A DNA stretch of 64,000 nt, from the NCBI GenBank assembly GCA_963813715.1, contig CAWFAK010000007.1, positions 544,001 to 608,000 on the forward strand. The letters are read 5' to 3'. Shown here piece by piece: positions 57,509-64,000 of this stretch (position 1 is its first letter; each line of letters opens with the position of its first letter). This DNA comes from an uncultured Planctomycetaceae bacterium (GTDB lineage: Bacteria > Planctomycetota > Planctomycetia > Planctomycetales > Planctomycetaceae). A program made the translations under genes and the position numbers. Below the pieces are notes generated by a model. The model was not told where the DNA came from. It made no database searches and worked only from the letters and a program-made list of their open reading frames with translations.

Positions 57509-58598
57509 ATGTCGGCGATTGAAGTTCGCGAGCTGTCCAAAACCTACCGGGTTTTTCGCAAGCGGGAGGGCTTACTGGCCTCGATGGCGGGGCTCTTTCG
57601 ACGCGAATACAACCAGGTCCATGCCGTCGATCGAGTCAGCTTTTCGGTCGAGACCGGCGAGATCGTCGCCTTCCTCGGTCCCAATGGCGCGGGCAAAACG
57701 ACCACGCTCAAACTGCTTTCCGGCCTAATCTTCCCCAGTGCCGGCGAAGCCCGCGTGCTGGGCTACACGCCCTGGAAGCGCGACAACGCGTTTCGCCGCC
57801 GCTTTTCGCTGGTGATGGGCCAGAAGAACCAGCTCTGGTGGGATTTGCCGGCGCAGGAATCGTTCCGCCTGCACCGGGAAATCTACCGGGTCGAGCCGGC
57901 CGTCTTCCAGCGCCGGCTCGACGAGCTGACGAGCCTGCTCGAAGTGCGGAAGCTCGTCGGCCAGCCGGTGCGCGAACTGTCGCTGGGCGAGCGAATGCGA
58001 ATGGAGCTGATCGCCGCCCTCCTGCACGGCCCGGAGGTGTTGCTGCTGGACGAGCCGACGATTGGCCTGGACGTCGTGTCCCAGCGCCGCGTGCAGGACT
58101 TCCTCAAGTTCTATCAGGCCGAGCGCAAGATCACGGTGCTCCTCACCAGTCACTACATGAAGGACGTGGAGGCCCTCTGCAAGCGGGCCATCATCATCAA
58201 TCATGGCCGCATCAATCACGACGGGCCGCTCGAGGACATTCTGGAGCGCTTCAGCCGGCACAAGATCATGGACCTGCAGTTTGCCGGCAGCGAAGTGCCG
58301 AACGATCTGGATCGCTTCGGCACGATCGTCGAATGCCAACCGCCCCGCGTCCGCCTGGAAGTGCCTCGGCAAAACATCCCTAAAATCCTCTCGGCCCTGC
58401 TCTCGAATTACAGCATCGAAGACGTCGGCGTGCAGGAGCGGCCGCTCGAAGAAGTGATCGCCGAGCTGTTTTCCTCCGACGACGCATCGCAAGCCGCGTC
58501 GGGCGCCGAGCGACCTGGTGGCGCGCGGCGCCCCGGCTTCCGACGCGCCCCCGCCGGGCGACTTCGATTTGGCAACCGAGCAACCCGTCGACCGCTGA
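57509..58598 (+). CDS. ABC transporter ATP-binding protein; C-terminal frameshift near 58510
   Basis: [27 protein letters not shown]; likely true stop TGA at 58596-98. Confidence 0.9.
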
Positions 58599-58616
58599 AC
58601 GGAGCGTCCGTCAACC

Positions 58617-59444
58617 ATGGTGGCCCAGGCCCTGCAACTGCGCTGGACGATCCTCAAGACGAGCATCGAGGAGCGGCTCGCCTACCGGGGCGATTTCATT
58701 TTCGGCACGCTCGTGCGGTTCCTGCCGACCGTCACGCAGATCTTTCTCTGGTCGGCGATCTACGCGGCCGCCAAGCCGGGCTCCGACGGAAAGATCAACC
58801 ACTACACCTACCACCAGATGATCGCCTACTACCTCCTCGCGATGGTCTCGCGGGCGTTCTCCAGCATGCCGGGGCTGGCCGAGGGGATCGCGCTCGAGAT
58901 TCGCGACGGCACGATCAAAAAGTACCTCACCCAGCCGATCGACATGCTGGGTTACCTGTTCTGGCATCGCATGGCGCACAAGCTGGTCTACTATGCCATC
59001 GCCACGCTGCCCTTCGCGCTCGTCTTCTGGTTGTGCCGCGGCTACTTCGACGGCTGGCCCGACGGGCTGACGACGGCCGCCTGGATCGCGTCGCTCCTGC
59101 TCTCGTTTCTTTTGGGATTCTTGATGGAAGCACTGATCGGTCTGATCGGCTTCTGGTTCCTCGAGGTCAGCTCGCTCGTGTTCATCTACATGATGATCAC
59201 TTACTTTTTGTCCGGTCAGATGCTGCCGCTCGACTGGCTGCCCAAAGTCGTCACGCAGCCGCTCGAGTTTCTGCCGTTCAAATACCTGGCGTACTTTCCG
59301 GCAGCGATCATGCTGGGTCGCTACAACCACACGCAGCTCGGCTTCGAGCTGCTGGAACTCGTCGGCTGGGTGGTCATCCTCTTCATCGCCTGCCGGACGG
59401 CGTTCGCGCTCGGCCTCCGGCGTTACGGTGCCTACGGCGGCTGA
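58617..59444 (+). CDS. ABC-2 type permease (DUF990-like)
   Basis: YRGDF, IRDG....L..P, LSG..LPLD, terminal Y.AYGG; multiple TM segments. Confidence 0.88.
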   Translation: MVAQALQLRWTILKTSIEERLAYRGDFIFGTLVRFLPTVTQIFLWSAIYAAAKPGSDGKINHYTYHQMIAYYLLAMVSRAFSSMPGLAEGIALEIRDGTIKKYLTQPIDMLGYLFWHRMAHKLVYYAIATLPFALVFWLCRGYFDGWPDGLTTAAWIASLLLSFLLGFLMEALIGLIGFWFLEVSSLVFIYMMITYFLSGQMLPLDWLPKVVTQPLEFLPFKYLAYFPAAIMLGRYNHTQLGFELLELVGWVVILFIACRTAFALGLRRYGAYGG

Positions 59445-59481
59445 CGAGCGCTTCGGATGACAGAGATCTCCTAGAGGCGAG

Positions 59482-59940
59482 ATGAAACGAGTCGGCTCAC
59501 TGCTCAGCGTTGGCGCGATGGTGCTCATGGCGCATTCGTGTTCGCCTGATCGTCCCGGCCCTGCTCCTCGGGAGTCCGCCCAGCGCCCTGCCGTCGAGTA
59601 CGCCCCGACCTCGATCGTGGCCGTGCCAAGCGGTGCCAGCGCCGAGCACAAAGCGTTAGCGAAAGAAATCGCCGCGTCACTCGGATCGGACACGATCCTC
59701 GAGCAGCCGGTGAATCCCGTCTGCTGCATCTGGGTCGAGATCAACGGATTCGTCCCATATCCCACCCAGGACGGCTACGTCATCATCAACGGCCGCGGCG
59801 GAAGCATCGTCACGGCATCCAGCGTCGAGCAACTGCGGGCAGCCGTCGATCGATTCAAGAAGACCATTCGCCAACGCGACGGCATGCACGAGGTGCCCAT
59901 CGGACTGCTGACGAACTATCGCGTCGTGTCAGGCGAGTGA
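59482..59940 (+). CDS. Hypothetical exported protein or lipoprotein
   Basis: GAGG Shine-Dalgarno; hydrophobic leader followed by Cys. Confidence 0.6.
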   Translation: MKRVGSLLSVGAMVLMAHSCSPDRPGPAPRESAQRPAVEYAPTSIVAVPSGASAEHKALAKEIAASLGSDTILEQPVNPVCCIWVEINGFVPYPTQDGYVIINGRGGSIVTASSVEQLRAAVDRFKKTIRQRDGMHEVPIGLLTNYRVVSGE

Positions 59941-60158
59941 GACCCGGCGTCCAATCGCGACACGAGAGATCTGGTTGGCGCTCGCCGCATGAATATCTGA
60001 GGTCTCTTAGGAGTTCTCCCGCGCAAATAAAGAACCGACGACAAGTCGTCGGCTTGGAAAAGGGGAACGCGTCGGGTTGGCCCAAGGTCGGTCGCGCCGG
60101 CGAAGATCGCTGATGGAAATCCGGAAACGAGCAGCGATCCGGACGCCTTGCTCCGACT

Positions 60159-61244
60159 TCACCCCTTGCGGTGATAGAACGGCAGTTTGACGACGTTGGC
60201 CGGTTCGCGCTTGCCGCGGATGTCGATTTCGACCGCTTGTCCAACCGCGGCCGCGCCCTTGTCGACGTAGGCCATGGCGATCGGTTTTTGCAGCGTGGGC
60301 GAAAACGTGCCGGAGGTGACCTGGCCGATTTCTCGACCGTCGCAGAGGACGGCCGAGCCTTCGCGGGCGATGCGTTTGCTCGCGAGTTCCAATCCAATGC
60401 GGTCCTTTTTAATGCCCGCGACCTGGATGGCGAGCAGTGCCGACTTGCCGATGAAGTCGCCGGCTTTCAATTTGACGGCGAACGACAATCCGGCCGTGAG
60501 CGGGTCGATCGATTCGCTCAGCTCGTGGCCGTAGAGGGCCATCGCGGCTTCGAGCCGCAGCGTGTCGCGCGCTCCCAGCCCGCAGGCGGCGAGCTTCATC
60601 TCCTTGCCGTCGGCCATCAGGCGGTGCCACACGTCGGGGCCGTCGGACGCGGCGACCACTAGCTCAAAGCCGTCCTCGCCCGTGTAGCCCGTGCGGCTGA
60701 CGAGGGCCGGCCGCCCGAAGACCATCGCCTCGACGCCGGAATAGTATTTGAGGTTGGACAGCTCGACGTCGACGTGCGCGTGCAGGACATCGAGCGCCCG
60801 CGGCCCCTGCACGGCCAGCATGAAGGTGGCCAACGTCTGGTCCTCGACGTGCACGGGAAAGCGGCCTTGGTACCGGGCGATCCAGTCGACGATCTTGAGG
60901 CGATTCGAGGCGTTCACCACGAGGTAATAAAACGCATCGAAGCGATAGACGAGTACGTCGTCGAGCACGCCGCCCGACTCGTTGACCACGAGCGAATAGC
61001 GGATGTCGCCCGGTTGGAGCTTCGTCACGTCGTTGGTCAACAGCAGGTCAAGCAGACCGCAGGCGCCGTCCCCGCTGAACTTGATCCGACCCATGTGGGC
61101 GATGTCGAACAAGCCGGCCGTGCGCCGCACAGCCTGGTGCTCGTCGATGATCGACGCATATTGGACCGGCATTTCCCAGCCGGCAAAGTCGATCATGCGG
61201 CCGCCGTGAGCCACGTGCCAGGGATAACAGGCCGTTCGCAGCAT
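60159..61244 (-). CDS. gcvT: Glycine cleavage system aminomethyltransferase T
   Basis: FAGWEMPVQY, LFDIAHMG, SRTGYTGEDGFE, GLGARDTLRLEA, VTSGTFSPTL. Confidence 0.97.
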   Translation of the reverse strand: MLRTACYPWHVAHGGRMIDFAGWEMPVQYASIIDEHQAVRRTAGLFDIAHMGRIKFSGDGACGLLDLLLTNDVTKLQPGDIRYSLVVNESGGVLDDVLVYRFDAFYYLVVNASNRLKIVDWIARYQGRFPVHVEDQTLATFMLAVQGPRALDVLHAHVDVELSNLKYYSGVEAMVFGRPALVSRTGYTGEDGFELVVAASDGPDVWHRLMADGKEMKLAACGLGARDTLRLEAAMALYGHELSESIDPLTAGLSFAVKLKAGDFIGKSALLAIQVAGIKKDRIGLELASKRIAREGSAVLCDGREIGQVTSGTFSPTLQKPIAMAYVDKGAAAVGQAVEIDIRGKREPANVVKLPFYHRKG

Positions 61245-61310
61245 TGATGGGTTCCGTGCGGCCCAAGGTTCCGTTCGGCGCGATTGGGGCAAATCGCGTT
61301 CCGCAATGCT

Positions 61311-61393
61311 GGTGCACTGGCGGCTCGCCCGCCAGTGTCTTCTTGCGACTCGATCAAAAAGGCCACTGGCGGACAAGCCGCCAGGTGCCACCC
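61311..61393. repeat. Inverted pair of REP-like elements (same family as 46926 and 41796)
   Basis: GCACTGGCGGCTCGCCCGCCAGTG ... CACTGGCGGACAAGCCGCCAGGTGCCACCC. Confidence 0.85.
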
Positions 61394-61399
61394 CGCCAG

Positions 61400-62161
61400 T
61401 TACTTGCCGCCGCCGAGCGTGGACTTCAGGTATTCGCGGTTGAGTCGGGCGATGTTGGAGATGGAAATCGCAGCGGGGCAGGCGGCCTCGCACTCTTCAG
61501 TGACGGTGCAGCCGCCGAAGCCTTCCTTGTCCATCTGGGCGATCATCGAGACGACGCGGCTGCGGCGTTCCGGCTCGCCCTGCGGCAACAGGGCCAGGTG
61601 CGAGACCTTGGCACTGACGAAGAGCATGGCCGACGCGTTTTTGCACGCCGCCACGCAGGCTCCGCAGCCGATGCAGGCCGCCGCGCTCATCGCCAGGTCG
61701 GATTCATCCTTCGGCACCAAAATCGCGTTGGCATCCGGCGCGTTGCCCGTGTTGACCGAGATGTAGCCGCCGGCCGTCATGATCCGGTCGAAGGCCGAGC
61801 GATCGACGGCCAGGTCCTTCACGACCGGAAAGGCGCGAGCTCGCCAGGGCTCGATGACAATCGTGTCACCGCTGCGGAAGTGCCGCATGTGGAGTTGGCA
61901 GGTGGTCGTCTCGGCCTCCGGCCCGTGGGCCTGGCCGTTGATCATCATGCCGCACGCGCCGCAGATGCCTTCCCGGCAGTCGTGATCGAAGGCGACGGGC
62001 TCCTGCCCCTCCTTGATCAGCTGCTCGTTGAGCACGTCGAGCATTTCGAGGAACGACATGTCGGGCGAGACGTCGTCGATCTGGTAGGTCTCGAACCGCC
62101 CCCGCGTCTGGGCATTGGGCTGCCGCCAAATCTTCAATGTCAGCGAAAGGTTGCCGGACAT
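61400..62161 (-). CDS. sdhB: Succinate dehydrogenase/fumarate reductase Fe-S subunit
   Basis: [22 protein letters not shown]....C...CP. Confidence 0.96.
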   Translation of the reverse strand: MSGNLSLTLKIWRQPNAQTRGRFETYQIDDVSPDMSFLEMLDVLNEQLIKEGQEPVAFDHDCREGICGACGMMINGQAHGPEAETTTCQLHMRHFRSGDTIVIEPWRARAFPVVKDLAVDRSAFDRIMTAGGYISVNTGNAPDANAILVPKDESDLAMSAAACIGCGACVAACKNASAMLFVSAKVSHLALLPQGEPERRSRVVSMIAQMDKEGFGGCTVTEECEAACPAAISISNIARLNREYLKSTLGGGK

Positions 62162-62228
62162 GATTTTCGATCGCTCCGTGGCGACCTGTGTCGCCCGCAC
62201 TTTTCCAGCGACATGGGTCGCCCGTTTC

Positions 62229-64000
<1,772 letters not shown>

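Noticed and set aside
57506..59485. Apparent 659-aa ABC ATPase overlapping the permease
   Set aside because: Read-through is caused by an indel near 58510; the extension is non-coding-like and overlaps the real permease gene.

Overview
High-GC chromosomal window, almost certainly from a planctomycete (DUF1549/DUF1553 and DUF1501 proteins, PQQ-type beta-propellers, FHA-GAF sigma54 activator). It is mostly housekeeping and metabolic genes: rplI, dnaB, putA, argC/argJ, greA, fabF, pheS, rplT, rpmI, infC, fliM, proA, gdhA, ispA, dxs, prc, gcvT, sdhAB. About 17 genes, including essential pheS, carry single-base frameshifts, which I read as long-read or assembly indels rather than pseudogenes. I found no rRNA, tRNA, CRISPR array or intact mobile element. 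The main unexplained features are: (1) two co-oriented non-coding islands of about 0.5 kb (7.6-8.1 kb and 39.0-39.5 kb) packed with a TCCCGTCCC/GGGACGGGA motif, one of which splits infC from rpmI; (2) a roughly 970 bp lower-GC insertion in the 5' end of putA, bounded by two diverged in-frame copies of the putA N-terminus and carrying a SERAC1-like hydrolase remnant; (3) a MerR-GyrI regulator with its own 19-bp-spacer promoter and a possible internal start; (4) four tandem palindromes upstream of a triple zinc-ribbon protein. All calls come from reading motifs by eye; no database searches were run.
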